In this document: one piece after another, positions 40,441 to 50,469 of the stretch
How the letters are laid out: each line of letters begins with the position of its first letter
How positions within the stretch are numbered: the first letter of the stretch is position 1
Source of the DNA: a virus
Lineage: Duplodnaviria; Caudoviricetes
Length of the DNA: 64,000 nt
IMG/VR virus record: IMGVR_UViG_3300010340_000989
Location: 32,001-96,000 of that record
Reading direction: 5' to 3' (one strand)
Notes under the pieces: model-generated
Seen by the model: only the letters and a program-made list of their open reading frames with translations
Told to the model about the DNA's origin: nothing
The model's database searches: none
Position numbers and translations under genes: made by a program

Positions 40441-41012
40441 TTTCCTTCTTCCATTTTACTAATTTTATCTCTTAATTCAGCAGCAACCTCATACTCTTCA
40501 TTTGAAATTGCGTCTTCCATCATTCTACGAAGATCATCAACTGACATAAGATTTTCTTTCTTTTTAGTCTTTTTCTTTGGTTTATCAGGAACCACATTTC
40601 CAGTATCATCTGTTTGTATACCACAAGATGCAAGTACATCTTCTGTTACATATAATGGACAATCAAATGTTAGTGCCAAGGCTAAAGCATCACCAACGGT
40701 GGTTTCAATTTCCAAATCATCTACTCCGTTATTTGTCGATATACGTGAATAAAAAACGCCTTCTAATACTTGATAAATACAAGCTTCTTGACAATCAATT
40801 CTATAACCATCAGCAAGTATTTTAAATACATCATGGGTTAATGGTCGAGGCATTTTCAATGATTCAATTTTTATTGCTATTGTTTGAGCATCTTGAGCCT
40901 TGATAACGATTGGCAATTTTCTATGTCCGTTTACTTCTGATAAAACAACAACATAAGCATTAGGTTGACTTTGTGAATATGAAAGTCCTATTATTTTTAC
41001 TTCTCTTTTCAT
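40437..41012 (-). CDS. Bifunctional nuclease (DUF151) with UVR domain
   Basis: LPIVI, PRPLTHD, GVFYS, DALALA, AISNEEYEVAAELRD. Confidence 0.88.
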   Translation of the reverse strand: MKREVKIIGLSYSQSQPNAYVVVLSEVNGHRKLPIVIKAQDAQTIAIKIESLKMPRPLTHDVFKILADGYRIDCQEACIYQVLEGVFYSRISTNNGVDDLEIETTVGDALALALTFDCPLYVTEDVLASCGIQTDDTGNVVPDKPKKKTKKKENLMSVDDLRRMMEDAISNEEYEVAAELRDKISKMEEGK

Positions 41013-41287
41013 TTTAATATTGAGTTAATTTGGAAAAACCGTTGATATGAAATATCACAAGCTAAATTTTCACGTATCAAATATAATAATTCTATATTAG
41101 AAACCAATCTTTTTTTATAATAATATTTTCTTTTTTTAGAAAAATCTACAATTATAAATTCATATTCATTATATTTTTTGTTTTTTTTAAGTTTAGAATC
41201 ATGAGATATTTCTTTTATAGCAAAAAACATATTCCTTTCCTGTGAAAGGAATATGTGTTTTATTCCATTAATATCATCATTATTCAA
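41009..41287 (-). CDS. Hypothetical protein with tag variant
   Basis: ends QRFFQINSILK. Confidence 0.5.
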   Translation of the reverse strand: MNNDDINGIKHIFLSQERNMFFAIKEISHDSKLKKNKKYNEYEFIIVDFSKKRKYYYKKRLVSNIELLYLIRENLACDISYQRFFQINSILK

Positions 41288-41363
41288 TATATTAAATATT
41301 ATACTATAATTGTATGAATAATCAATCCCATTTTTTTTAATAAAATTAGATTAATTTCAAACA

Positions 41364-42017
41364 TCAATCTTGTAGCAATAGATCAGCTGCTGATGTCGCA
41401 GAAAAAGCACATGGTTTTGACCATACTCTATAATTCATACCCTTCAACCAAGGAACAAAAGCTCTATAAGCTAAGTTAGATTTGTTTTTAGATACACCTC
41501 TCTCATTGATAGTTCCTTCACTAGGGTTAAAATCTACGTGTATATCAACAAGTTTATAAACATTATTTTTTTCAAAATCTGTAAGAGATAAGTTTTTAAC
41601 AAATGCATCTTCTTGATGTGCTTGTAAATGATCATACTGTCCATCTGATTTAAGTAAATGAAATTTATATTTTTTCCTTTCAATTTCAGTTAAATCTTTT
41701 CTCTCATATGATCCATTAAGTTCGGTATTTAAAAATTCAGCAATATCATGACAGAACTGTGCTTCTCTTTGAAGTCGTTCAAAATTATCACGGATTTTAT
41801 CCATACTCTCTCTAAAAAAAACAACGTGCGCACCATTTCGTATATCTGTATTATAAAGCATTATAGTACAAGCATAGATTGTTCTCTTCCTTTTTTGAAT
41901 AGAATCACACCCAACACTGATTGTTGTTGATGGATCATTTTTTACATATTCTTTTAAATACTCTACGATGTCAGCGATGTATTCACCACCGAAACGTTTA
42001 AATCTATTTCTAAACAT
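41364..42017 (-). CDS. RNase H-like YkuK (DUF458) family protein
   Basis: VGCDS, ERL..EA, IHVDFN, KP.AFSATSAAD. Confidence 0.8.
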   Translation of the reverse strand: MFRNRFKRFGGEYIADIVEYLKEYVKNDPSTTISVGCDSIQKRKRTIYACTIMLYNTDIRNGAHVVFFRESMDKIRDNFERLQREAQFCHDIAEFLNTELNGSYERKDLTEIERKKYKFHLLKSDGQYDHLQAHQEDAFVKNLSLTDFEKNNVYKLVDIHVDFNPSEGTINERGVSKNKSNLAYRAFVPWLKGMNYRVWSKPCAFSATSAADLLLQD

Positions 42018-42018
42018 T

Positions 42019-42225
42019 TTATAATATATTTATTTTTAATATTGATTTCTTGACTAAATCGGGTGGTATAATAATAAATCCACCATCCTCAGTTGTCATT
42101 TCAAATCCTGACTCATGAAAATTTTTTGACATATCAACAATATTATTATATTGAATATCTGTTACTGATAAAATTTCACCAGAAAAAACACCATACTCAT
42201 TTATTATTTGTATTTGTATCTTCAT
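42019..42225 (-). CDS. Hypothetical protein
   Basis: ORF 68 aa. Confidence 0.65.
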   Translation of the reverse strand: MKIQIQIINEYGVFSGEILSVTDIQYNNIVDMSKNFHESGFEMTTEDGGFIIIPPDLVKKSILKINIL

Positions 42226-42237
42226 AGTTTATCTATG

Positions 42238-42270
42238 AAAAAAAAGAGCCTTTGTTTTACAAAGGCTCTT
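42238..42270 (-). terminator. Intrinsic terminator
   Basis: AAGAGCCTTTGT hairpin with T-run on minus strand. Confidence 0.8.
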
Positions 42271-42297
42271 ACTTTTTAAATATTCAAAACATTCCGA

Positions 42298-43413
42298 TTA
42301 TTTCTTAGTCGGCTTGTTGATATCCTTGATTACTCGTAGAACATCTTCAAATCCTAACAAGAAAGATTTAATCTTTGGTTTAGAAATATCAAGATTATTA
42401 TCAAGTATAAATAACAAGTAAGCTGTTAATTCATCCTGACCAACTCTTTTAAGGAATTTAGTCACGTTATTAAGTTGTTTATCACTAAACTTACCAAGAT
42501 CCATCTCTTTAAGAGATTGAATAAGTTCGGAATTCTTATCACGATTATATTTATTCAAATCAGCCTCTACACGATCATAATCATTGATTACATCATTGAT
42601 ATTGACATTCAACATATCTTCACAATACTGAAGGAATTTCATCGCTGAGTTTCCAACATATCCTGCTGCTACTTCTTTAAGAATTGGAAGGAACTCACGA
42701 GGACCAGATTCCATACCGAAGTTAGAAACAATGAAGTCACTCAAGAACGTCCAAGAACGTGGAGTAGCGTAAGCCTGTACTCCTTCAGCAGTTTTATACA
42801 AATTCTCTGGGTGAGCTTGTAAATAAGATACAACCATTCGGTGAACGTTATCTTTAGCGAATCCATCAACCCACTCTTGGAAAGATAATGTGTGTTTTAC
42901 GTGAATCAAACGGTTATTCAACGCTGAGTCAAACTCTTCTACGTCTGTACCATCTTCATCACCAAGGTTACCAGAAGACATCATCAATACAGTATCATTG
43001 AACTTAAAGTTAACACCAATCTGACGTTCAAGTAGAATTTGAAGAGCCGCGTTACGAACAGATTGAGAAGCTCGGTTCAACTCTTCAAAGTGGATAATTG
43101 TAGGTTGTTTATTCGCCTCAAGTGCCCAACGAGGTACAACGAAGTCAAGACATTTAACACCATCAACATCTGACACATTAGGGTATAATCCTACATCGGT
43201 TTCATCAACCATCGATAAACGAATATCCATATATCGGAAATTCATTTTCTTTGCGATAGAACGAGCAATCGCAGATTTAGCTACACCAGGTTTAGCTGTG
43301 ATGTAGAGTACACCAGACTTACCCCACATCATACGAAGATAAGACTGTTCACGTTTTGTTAGACTTGGAATCAGATCCAAGAATGATTGGGGCATCATTT
43401 TACTATTATCCAT
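42298..43413 (-). CDS. MoxR-like AAA+ ATPase
   Basis: Walker A AKPGVAKS, Walker B IIHFEELNRA, DSALNNR, TPRSW. Confidence 0.88.
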   Translation of the reverse strand: MDNSKMMPQSFLDLIPSLTKREQSYLRMMWGKSGVLYITAKPGVAKSAIARSIAKKMNFRYMDIRLSMVDETDVGLYPNVSDVDGVKCLDFVVPRWALEANKQPTIIHFEELNRASQSVRNAALQILLERQIGVNFKFNDTVLMMSSGNLGDEDGTDVEEFDSALNNRLIHVKHTLSFQEWVDGFAKDNVHRMVVSYLQAHPENLYKTAEGVQAYATPRSWTFLSDFIVSNFGMESGPREFLPILKEVAAGYVGNSAMKFLQYCEDMLNVNINDVINDYDRVEADLNKYNRDKNSELIQSLKEMDLGKFSDKQLNNVTKFLKRVGQDELTAYLLFILDNNLDISKPKIKSFLLGFEDVLRVIKDINKPTKK

Positions 43414-43439
43414 ATTTTTTGTTTTCTTGTTTATTTATA

Positions 43440-43447
43440 CAAATATA
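43440..43447 (-). promoter_or_regulatory. Bacteroidota-type promoter TATATTTG
   Basis: TTTG 18 nt upstream. Confidence 0.65.
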
Positions 43448-43483
43448 AAAATTATTTTCTAATTACAAATTATTTTGAATTTA

Positions 43484-43517
43484 TAATCTCACTTCATTGA
43501 ATTATGAAGTGAGATTA
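43484..43517 (-). terminator. Hairpin, probable terminator
   Basis: TAATCTCACTTCAT...ATGAAGTGAGATTA just after stop of 43523..44143. Confidence 0.65.
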
Positions 43518-43522
43518 ATTTT

Positions 43523-44143
43523 TTATCCTTTAACTACTTCTACGTTTTTAAGTGAAATAACTGGTTTTACTTCTTCCATAACTTTCTCAACTGAGCCATA
43601 ATTTTTCATTACATCAATTGTACCTTTTGCTACTGAGAAAGCAGTCACAGCTTTGATAATTTTACCTTTATCTTCATCAGAAATATCTTCACAGTTTTCA
43701 ATCAAAGTTGAAAGAACTTCACCATATTTCTCAATCATTTCATTATCGAAAGCGAAAGTTGTTTTTTCTTCAACAATTTCATCACCATACTCTTCACGAA
43801 GAGCTTCTGCTTTTTCAGGAGAAAGTGAAATATATTTATCAGAAGGAACAAACATAACTTGTGCAGTATCCTCACCAACAACAGTTTCTAACATCACAGA
43901 ACCTGGATTTTTACCAGTTTTTTGATACAGTTCTGACCATTTCTCTTTACCAAGATCTTTAATTTCATCAGAAATCATATCAGCTTTAGCTTTATCAGAC
44001 TTCATACGATCTTGAAGAATTTCAAGATTTTGAACTTTTTTGAAAAAAGAATCATTTTCAATTTTGATACGAACTTTAGTATCTTTCTTATCAGTTGTTT
44101 TAGTAACTGCTTTTGATTTTGCCTTTGAAAAAAGATTAGCCAT
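43523..44143 (-). CDS. Hypothetical protein, probably highly expressed early
   Basis: Two upstream promoters and own terminator. Confidence 0.75.
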   Translation of the reverse strand: MANLFSKAKSKAVTKTTDKKDTKVRIKIENDSFFKKVQNLEILQDRMKSDKAKADMISDEIKDLGKEKWSELYQKTGKNPGSVMLETVVGEDTAQVMFVPSDKYISLSPEKAEALREEYGDEIVEEKTTFAFDNEMIEKYGEVLSTLIENCEDISDEDKGKIIKAVTAFSVAKGTIDVMKNYGSVEKVMEEVKPVISLKNVEVVKG

Positions 44144-44178
44144 ATTTTTTTGAGTTTCGTTGTTGTTTGTTTGTTTTA

Positions 44179-44271
44179 CAAATATACGAAATTTTTCTAA
44201 ACCACCAAAATTTATTTTATTTTTTGATGAGTTTTATTGATTTCGTTTCTTTCTTTAGTTTTACAAATATA
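44179..44271 (-). promoter_or_regulatory. Tandem Bacteroidota-type promoters
   Basis: TATATTTG at 44179-44186 (TTTG 19 nt upstream) and 44264-44271. Confidence 0.7.
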
Positions 44272-44282
44272 AGGAAAAAATC

Positions 44283-44603
44283 TTAATAATCATCATCATA
44301 ATCATTACCTCTATAACGACGACCTGTATAATCATCACTATCGTCTATATCATCTATATCATCATCTATATCATCATCATCAAGATTATCTATATAAGGA
44401 TATACTTCTAATTTATCAAAAAAATGACATAAATCCTCAATTTCATCATCTGTTAAATCAATATCTTTAATTTTAAAAAGATATTGATCTTCTGAATTAT
44501 ACTCAATTTTTCCTTCTTCCAATAGAAAATCAAGTTTTTCAAATAGTTTTGTCTCATTCGAGCACTCGTCAAATGAATAACGTGTAAAAAGTTTTGAACT
44601 CAT
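44283..44603 (-). CDS. Acidic hypothetical protein
   Basis: Asp-rich tail with DDI repeats. Confidence 0.7.
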   Translation of the reverse strand: MSSKLFTRYSFDECSNETKLFEKLDFLLEEGKIEYNSEDQYLFKIKDIDLTDDEIEDLCHFFDKLEVYPYIDNLDDDDIDDDIDDIDDSDDYTGRRYRGNDYDDDY

Positions 44604-44616
44604 ATATTTAATTAAA

Positions 44617-45360
44617 TTATTTTAGTATTTTGTAAATTTCTGTAAGAGGCAATCTAGGTAAGTCAGTAGATTTTTTATACTTAGTAAGAATATAAAATTT
44701 ATTTTCCGATTCTAAATATCCAACATCCATTATTATATCACCACACAATACTTTTAAAAGATCATCTGAAATAGAAATAGGGATAATATCTAAATCTTTA
44801 GGTTCTTCAAAGTTTGAAATTTCTCTAACAAAATTGAAATTCTCTTTCTTATAAAATTCTTGCTTTAAAAGTTGTAAAAACTTTGATTTAATTTGCATAA
44901 CTTCATTTTTTCTAACCCCGAAAACATCTTTCCATTTAAATCCCAATGTGATGTGCATATCATGTTCTGATAATTTATACCTATCCCTTATAGCTTGTAA
45001 TTTATCTGATTTACCTACAACAAAATATGTAGTATTCTCATTTTTAGATGCTGTCCCCAATCCTAACAATTGTAAATCATCAATAGCATAACTAAATATT
45101 GATTGCAACGAATTAATAAAATTACTAATTCCCATTTCTTTTGAGAGTTTATTATAATCCATAACATTAATGACAGTCATGTGATAACCACCATCATTAT
45201 GATCTCTCTTTTGTTGATTATCAGTATAGATTTTATAATCCTCTTCTGATAAGACTTCTTTTAATTTGTTTAAGAATGGTTCAACGGTATTATGATCAAA
45301 TTTAATCCCTAAATAATTATTACCAATTGCATCCTTTAAATATGTTAAGTAAAATATCAT
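44617..45360 (-). CDS. 2H phosphoesterase
   Basis: Two HxT motifs: YHMTVI and MHITLGF. Confidence 0.8.
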   Translation of the reverse strand: MIFYLTYLKDAIGNNYLGIKFDHNTVEPFLNKLKEVLSEEDYKIYTDNQQKRDHNDGGYHMTVINVMDYNKLSKEMGISNFINSLQSIFSYAIDDLQLLGLGTASKNENTTYFVVGKSDKLQAIRDRYKLSEHDMHITLGFKWKDVFGVRKNEVMQIKSKFLQLLKQEFYKKENFNFVREISNFEEPKDLDIIPISISDDLLKVLCGDIIMDVGYLESENKFYILTKYKKSTDLPRLPLTEIYKILK

Positions 45361-45389
45361 TAATTTTATATTTTTGATTATATATAAAA

Positions 45390-45965
45390 TTATTTTAATA
45401 AAGTTACTGATCCATATTTAATAAAATAACTAGAATTTATTTTACATATTATTTTATAAACATATAAATCATCTTGAACCATTCTTCCCTTATAAGTTCC
45501 ATCCCATCCATAATCCGGATCATTTGATATAAATATACGTTCTCCCCATTTATTAAATATTTCTAATACAAAATCTTTAGAATCTACTTTTCCAAGTATT
45601 TTAAATGTATCATTTATATTATCACCATTAGGAGTAAAAGCAGAAGGTATCCAAATTAATTCACAAGGTTTAGATTCAATTATTACTTTTCTAACATCTC
45701 CTTGACATCCATATTGATTAAACTCAACAACACTTAATACAAAATTCATATTTGTATCTGGGAATAAAACTGTCACTTTATTATTATCCTGGGATAATAT
45801 TGTACCATTATTCAAATCCCACTTATAAGTAGAACCATCATTAAAATCGACATAGAATTTTTGTATCCTATCAACAGAATCACAGTTATTATAACTGATT
45901 GTTTGTGATTTAAGATTAAAATTAAATGAAAAAAGAAGGAATAGGGTCACTATCAATTTCATCAC
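45390..45965 (-). CDS. Secreted PKD/Ig-like protein with T9SS type-B CTD
   Basis: Signal peptide; GSTYKW...N.YGC; IPSAFTPNGDNIND...IFNKWGE...WDG...GSVTLLK. Confidence 0.85.
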   Translation of the reverse strand: MMKLIVTLFLLFSFNFNLKSQTISYNNCDSVDRIQKFYVDFNDGSTYKWDLNNGTILSQDNNKVTVLFPDTNMNFVLSVVEFNQYGCQGDVRKVIIESKPCELIWIPSAFTPNGDNINDTFKILGKVDSKDFVLEIFNKWGERIFISNDPDYGWDGTYKGRMVQDDLYVYKIICKINSSYFIKYGSVTLLK

Positions 45966-46013
45966 TTTACCTAATATTTTATGTATATATTACTAGGTAA
46001 ATCAATAAAAATA

Positions 46014-46562
46014 CTATTGCTTGTAAATTGGTGAAGTAATTGGGGTTGGGTTTACAATTATATTATAAGTTGCCACACCAGAACATCCATTTGGATCATT
46101 ATAAGTATATGTTACTGTTTGAGAACCAACTGATGGATTAAAAGTATTACCTACTACACCAACACCTGAAAATATACCACCTGAAGGATTACCAACTAAA
46201 TTTACTATTGGATCACCAGCACAAAATGGACCAATTGCATTTATTGTCACATTTGGACCAGAAACAACATCTATTAAACAATTGACTGGTAACCCAACAC
46301 AACCTTGAGCATTTGTCTCTGTAACTTGTAAAGTATATGAACCCACAACAGAACCCCAATTGATTATTACCAATGCTGATCCTTGACCTGATGCAATTGT
46401 TCCACCACCAGATAGTGTCCAGTTATATGTTGATCCTGGAGTATTGATTACAAAGTAATCTTGATTTTGAGAGTTTATACATACAACATCTGGACAAACT
46501 TGTGTTTGTGAAAACACAGTAGAAGATATTAAAACGAATAATAATAATAAAAGTTTTTTCAT
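46014..46562 (-). CDS. Secreted PKD/Ig-like protein lacking CTD
   Basis: Start at MKKLLLLLFV (46562); GSTYNW, PSGGIFSG, YTYNDPNGC. Confidence 0.75.
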   Translation of the reverse strand: MKKLLLLLFVLISSTVFSQTQVCPDVVCINSQNQDYFVINTPGSTYNWTLSGGGTIASGQGSALVIINWGSVVGSYTLQVTETNAQGCVGLPVNCLIDVVSGPNVTINAIGPFCAGDPIVNLVGNPSGGIFSGVGVVGNTFNPSVGSQTVTYTYNDPNGCSGVATYNIIVNPTPITSPIYKQ

Positions 46563-46623
46563 AAAAAAGAGGTTTAATTTTCCAATTATATATTGAAAAA
46601 TCAAACCTCCTTCCAAAATTAAA

Positions 46624-46872
46624 TTATTTTTCTGTCATTTCTATAAGTTCTAAAATTCTATCCTTATCTAATTCACACTGTTTAGCAGTTTTTATAATAA
46701 TTTCTTTACCACTTTCTGTTGATAAAAGTTTTTCAAAATTATCTTTATCTGAAATTAATTTAGATAAAGTCCAAAAAGCACCTAATTTATTTCTAAGCTT
46801 ATCCTGTACAGACTCTGTGGAAAAGTCATTATCGTGTTCGTTTTCTATCGATTCTGTAAATTTCTTAATCAT
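46624..46872 (-). CDS. Putative internal head protein
   Basis: MIKKFTES. Confidence 0.6.
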   Translation of the reverse strand: MIKKFTESIENEHDNDFSTESVQDKLRNKLGAFWTLSKLISDKDNFEKLLSTESGKEIIIKTAKQCELDKDRILELIEMTEK

Positions 46873-48062
46873 AACATTTGTTTAAATTTTTCTATTTCCA
46901 ATCTCTTGATTTCATCACCTAAAGCTTTATTTTTTTTAAAACCTTTAGATATCAAATCTTCGGAAGATACACTAGGAATATAGTCAATAAATCTAATAAA
47001 AATCTTATCATGAACTCCACAAGTATCCAACCAATCAATAATTTGATCAACTTCACAATGACATCTTACTTTTTTCTTATATAAATCAAGAGCATTCTCT
47101 GGTGTTAATTTTAACAAATCTAATAGAAATACAACTTTAGGAGCAGTATCATACTTATCCGCAATTTTATATGATTGTACCATTTTAGTCTTAAGATTTT
47201 TAGTATCTTCAAACTTAAATAAGTTAGCAATATATGATGTTAATTTATGAGCCTCTTCAATATTAGTATTGATTTTAGAACCTGGAAATACTTGTTCCCA
47301 CATATCAAATTCATTAAAAAATTCAAGATATTGTTTGTAGGATTTAGCTTGTTTAAAAGCTTTCAACATTTCTTCCCATATTCTTTCTTGAGAAACATCA
47401 TCTTTCGGACCAATTCCTTTAAGTCGATTATCTTTTTTAATAGCATCAGCTGTTTTATCTTCAATTTTACCACCTGTTCTAGCAGCAAATCTAAAAACTC
47501 TTAAAATTCTAAGTCTATCTTCAATAAATCTTTGACTAGCGTCACCAACAGCTCTAATTATACCATTTTTGATATCATCAACACCACCTACTAAATCAAT
47601 AATTTGTTTCTTTTTAATATCATAGAACAAAGCATTAATAGTTAAGTCTCTTCTATTACAATCATCTTCTATTGTAACATTATCTCCCATTTCCACTTTC
47701 TGATCATCACCTTTTGTATCTCTTCCACCTGAGATATCCTTTCTATATGACGCAATCTCATATCCAGTTGGTTCATCTTTGGTAAAAACCCTCAATACTC
47801 CAAAGTTTTTACCTTGTTCATCAGATACATTAAACCCCTTCAATATCTCTTTAGATTCGTTTGGTAAGGCATTTGTCACTAAATCATAATCTTTAGGAGA
47901 AATTCCTTTCACAAAATCTCTAACAGCACCACCTACTAAGAAAATATCTTTACCAGCCTTTATATAAGCATTAGATATTTCTATAATATCATTTGGTAAA
48001 GGAATATCAGTAGATATTCTATTTTTAAGGCTTTCACAGAAGAGTTTGTATCTAGTTATCAT
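46869..48062 (-). CDS. cca: CCA-adding / poly(A) polymerase family nucleotidyltransferase
   Basis: VGGAVRD, DYD, RRDLTINAL, EDRLRILR, SQERI; likely start MITRYKLFCES. Confidence 0.88.
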   Translation of the reverse strand: MITRYKLFCESLKNRISTDIPLPNDIIEISNAYIKAGKDIFLVGGAVRDFVKGISPKDYDLVTNALPNESKEILKGFNVSDEQGKNFGVLRVFTKDEPTGYEIASYRKDISGGRDTKGDDQKVEMGDNVTIEDDCNRRDLTINALFYDIKKKQIIDLVGGVDDIKNGIIRAVGDASQRFIEDRLRILRVFRFAARTGGKIEDKTADAIKKDNRLKGIGPKDDVSQERIWEEMLKAFKQAKSYKQYLEFFNEFDMWEQVFPGSKINTNIEEAHKLTSYIANLFKFEDTKNLKTKMVQSYKIADKYDTAPKVVFLLDLLKLTPENALDLYKKKVRCHCEVDQIIDWLDTCGVHDKIFIRFIDYIPSVSSEDLISKGFKKNKALGDEIKRLEIEKFKQML

Positions 48063-48081
48063 AATGTAAATATACAAAAAA

Positions 48082-48867
48082 TTAACGAATCAATATATGA
48101 GATGCTGGAATTTTTCTCAAATCAGTAACTATACGATCCTGACTAATTCCGTAATCACTGTATATTTCTAATCCTTGAATAATTTCTTTTTCAACTAACT
48201 CATATAGATTTGAATTATCAGTTGAAGACTTATTCAAATCTGAATTCTCATCAAAAATATCCATAAATATTTTCTTCAATTGCTGTCTAGTTTTCATACC
48301 TGAAATTTGAACCTCGGCTACCGAATCATCATAACTATCTAGTTGGATTTTTGAGAAACTGGTTTTACCATTGACCACGGTATAATCGACGCTAAACCAA
48401 AATCCCCAGAAAAATCCGTTATAAAAATCTAAATCTTCAAAATTATCTGAAATATTTTTGATATCATCTTCACTAGTCGGGATCAACCCAACAGAGAATC
48501 GTATTGAAATTGTCCTATTATCTTGTTCTTCATCATGCCAGAATTCCTGCAAATCTGTAAATTCTGGACATATTTCTAAGTAAAACTCAACATTTCCACC
48601 TCTATATGAGTCTTCAGAACCAGGTGAATAGAGATCAAATCTAAATGTTCCAAATTTAGAATATTTATCTACTTTTCTTTTCCATTTATCCATCGATTCT
48701 CTCATTTCCATATCACCAGCATGAGATTTTAATTTATCAGCTCTTTCGGCAGCATTAATACTTCTAGCTAATCTTGGATCATCTTTTACTATTTTTTGTA
48801 GTTTTCTAGAGGCTCTCATATATGTTGAAGAGTTGAGTTCTTCGTTAAATCTTTTTAAATGTTTCAT
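48082..48867 (-). CDS. Putative internal head protein
   Basis: MKHLKRFNEEL; TY..A...L...R...L shared with next gene. Confidence 0.65.
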   Translation of the reverse strand: MKHLKRFNEELNSSTYMRASRKLQKIVKDDPRLARSINAAERADKLKSHAGDMEMRESMDKWKRKVDKYSKFGTFRFDLYSPGSEDSYRGGNVEFYLEICPEFTDLQEFWHDEEQDNRTISIRFSVGLIPTSEDDIKNISDNFEDLDFYNGFFWGFWFSVDYTVVNGKTSFSKIQLDSYDDSVAEVQISGMKTRQQLKKIFMDIFDENSDLNKSSTDNSNLYELVEKEIIQGLEIYSDYGISQDRIVTDLRKIPASHILIR

Positions 48868-48882
48868 TTTAAATAATTTTTT

Positions 48883-49680
48883 TTAGTGGGAAATCCTTTT
48901 GAAGGCTTCTTTAGGATCTTCATTATATAATTTATTAGTATTAATATTTTTAAATTCATCTAATATCATCTCTACATCTGATATTTCAATTGTAGATATT
49001 ATATTAGGAAGAATTTCAAACATAGCTTCTGAATTAGTCATATATTTATCATCGTCTTCATTTTTATATCCAGTATAAACTTTTATTTCATTAGTTAATA
49101 CTTTTCTAAGAATATTTCTAAAATTATTAGCAGATTTTCTATCACTAAACATAGTGCCAAGCTCACCATAAGTAAAAATCGTTATCGGAGAAACTCTATC
49201 TATATTACCATTCTCATTTAGATTAAAATGTGTATGTAATTCCATTGGCCAAAACTTATAAGAACTAAGTTCGCATTCATCTTTAAATAAATCTATATAT
49301 TCTGGTTTAATTTTAGATAACTCTGATTCATTTATTTCAAACGAAATAGTAATAGATACTGGTAAAATATTAGTACTTTTATGATATTCAATATCATCTT
49401 TTAACAAATCCAGATTAAGTTCAATCTTGTTAAGTTTAGCTTTTATTGGAGTATCAGAAATAATGCCACTTGTTATTCCTTTTCTTGATGTTGCTGTTGC
49501 TGGGTAAGAAGTCATCCATTTAATCCAAATATTGAATTCACCAACATCACCAAGCTTACCTTTCTTAGCCCAGTCAATTAGTTTTTGTCCCCTTTCAAGA
49601 TGTCCTACCTTTTTAAGATTATCACCAGCATTTATATAAGTTTCTATATTAAGTTCTTCAAATTTTTTTAAGTGCCTCAT
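48883..49680 (-). CDS. Putative internal head protein, distant paralog of 48082
   Basis: MRHLKKFEEL. Confidence 0.65.
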   Translation of the reverse strand: MRHLKKFEELNIETYINAGDNLKKVGHLERGQKLIDWAKKGKLGDVGEFNIWIKWMTSYPATATSRKGITSGIISDTPIKAKLNKIELNLDLLKDDIEYHKSTNILPVSITISFEINESELSKIKPEYIDLFKDECELSSYKFWPMELHTHFNLNENGNIDRVSPITIFTYGELGTMFSDRKSANNFRNILRKVLTNEIKVYTGYKNEDDDKYMTNSEAMFEILPNIISTIEISDVEMILDEFKNINTNKLYNEDPKEAFKRISH

Positions 49681-49696
49681 TGTTTATAAAATTGAA

Positions 49697-49714
49697 TTTT
49701 AATATATATTAAAA
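49697..49714. promoter_or_regulatory. Palindromic bidirectional late-promoter motif
   Basis: TTTTAATATATATTAAAA perfect palindrome between divergent tagged genes. Confidence 0.65.
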
Positions 49715-49953
49715 TGAGATACTTGAAATTTTTTGAAGCATTTAAATATAAAAACTTTACTCTACAAGACATAATAGATTGTATTCAAAGTAAAGGATTT
49801 ATTTATGCAACTATTATTAATAATTTACCTGATAATGATCCAGATATGGCAATTAACCCAATGAGTGTAGATGATGACGGTTTAATTACGGTTGAAATTG
49901 ATGGAAAAGAATATGAAGTTGAATTAAAAAATGTTGAAAAAATAGAATTTTAA
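49714..49953 (+). CDS. Putative internal head protein
   Basis: MRYLKFFEAF. Confidence 0.6.
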   Translation: MRYLKFFEAFKYKNFTLQDIIDCIQSKGFIYATIINNLPDNDPDMAINPMSVDDDGLITVEIDGKEYEVELKNVEKIEF

Positions 49954-50429
49954 TGATTAAAAGTTGGGAATTGTTTTTAGAATCAAATAACAGGGATCAA
50001 GAAATACTTGATAATATTAGGGATATTCTTATATCTCTTAAAGTAGATCATTCTATTAGAGTTTTAATAAGAAGCTATGTAGAAGAGTTTGGTAAAGTTA
50101 TGGTTTCTTTTATAATAGAAGGAAAAATTGGAATAGAAGAAGTTCAAACTATATTACACTTGGATAGTTATTTAAAAAGCGAAGAGTTTGATCCTAAGGC
50201 AAAATCTAATAAGATAAATGAATTAGATGTTGTTGTTCAAAGAAAAAGTGGGAAACTTGATCAGTATTCTATTAGCAAATTGCTAACAATGCTAAACGGT
50301 GTAAATAAAGATGTTATTGACTTGACTAGAATTGAGTTTCAATACTATCTACCAGATTATCTTAGATATTATAATGATAAAAACGGAAATATTTTTAAAA
50401 TTGGAGATTTGATTATTTATTTACATTGA
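49953..50429 (+). CDS. Putative internal head protein (HLxSYLxSEEF family)
   Basis: MIKSWELFLES. Confidence 0.65.
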   Translation: MIKSWELFLESNNRDQEILDNIRDILISLKVDHSIRVLIRSYVEEFGKVMVSFIIEGKIGIEEVQTILHLDSYLKSEEFDPKAKSNKINELDVVVQRKSGKLDQYSISKLLTMLNGVNKDVIDLTRIEFQYYLPDYLRYYNDKNGNIFKIGDLIIYLH

Positions 50430-50469
50430 GAACTATATTAAAAAATAGCAAGCAAACAATAACTGAATT

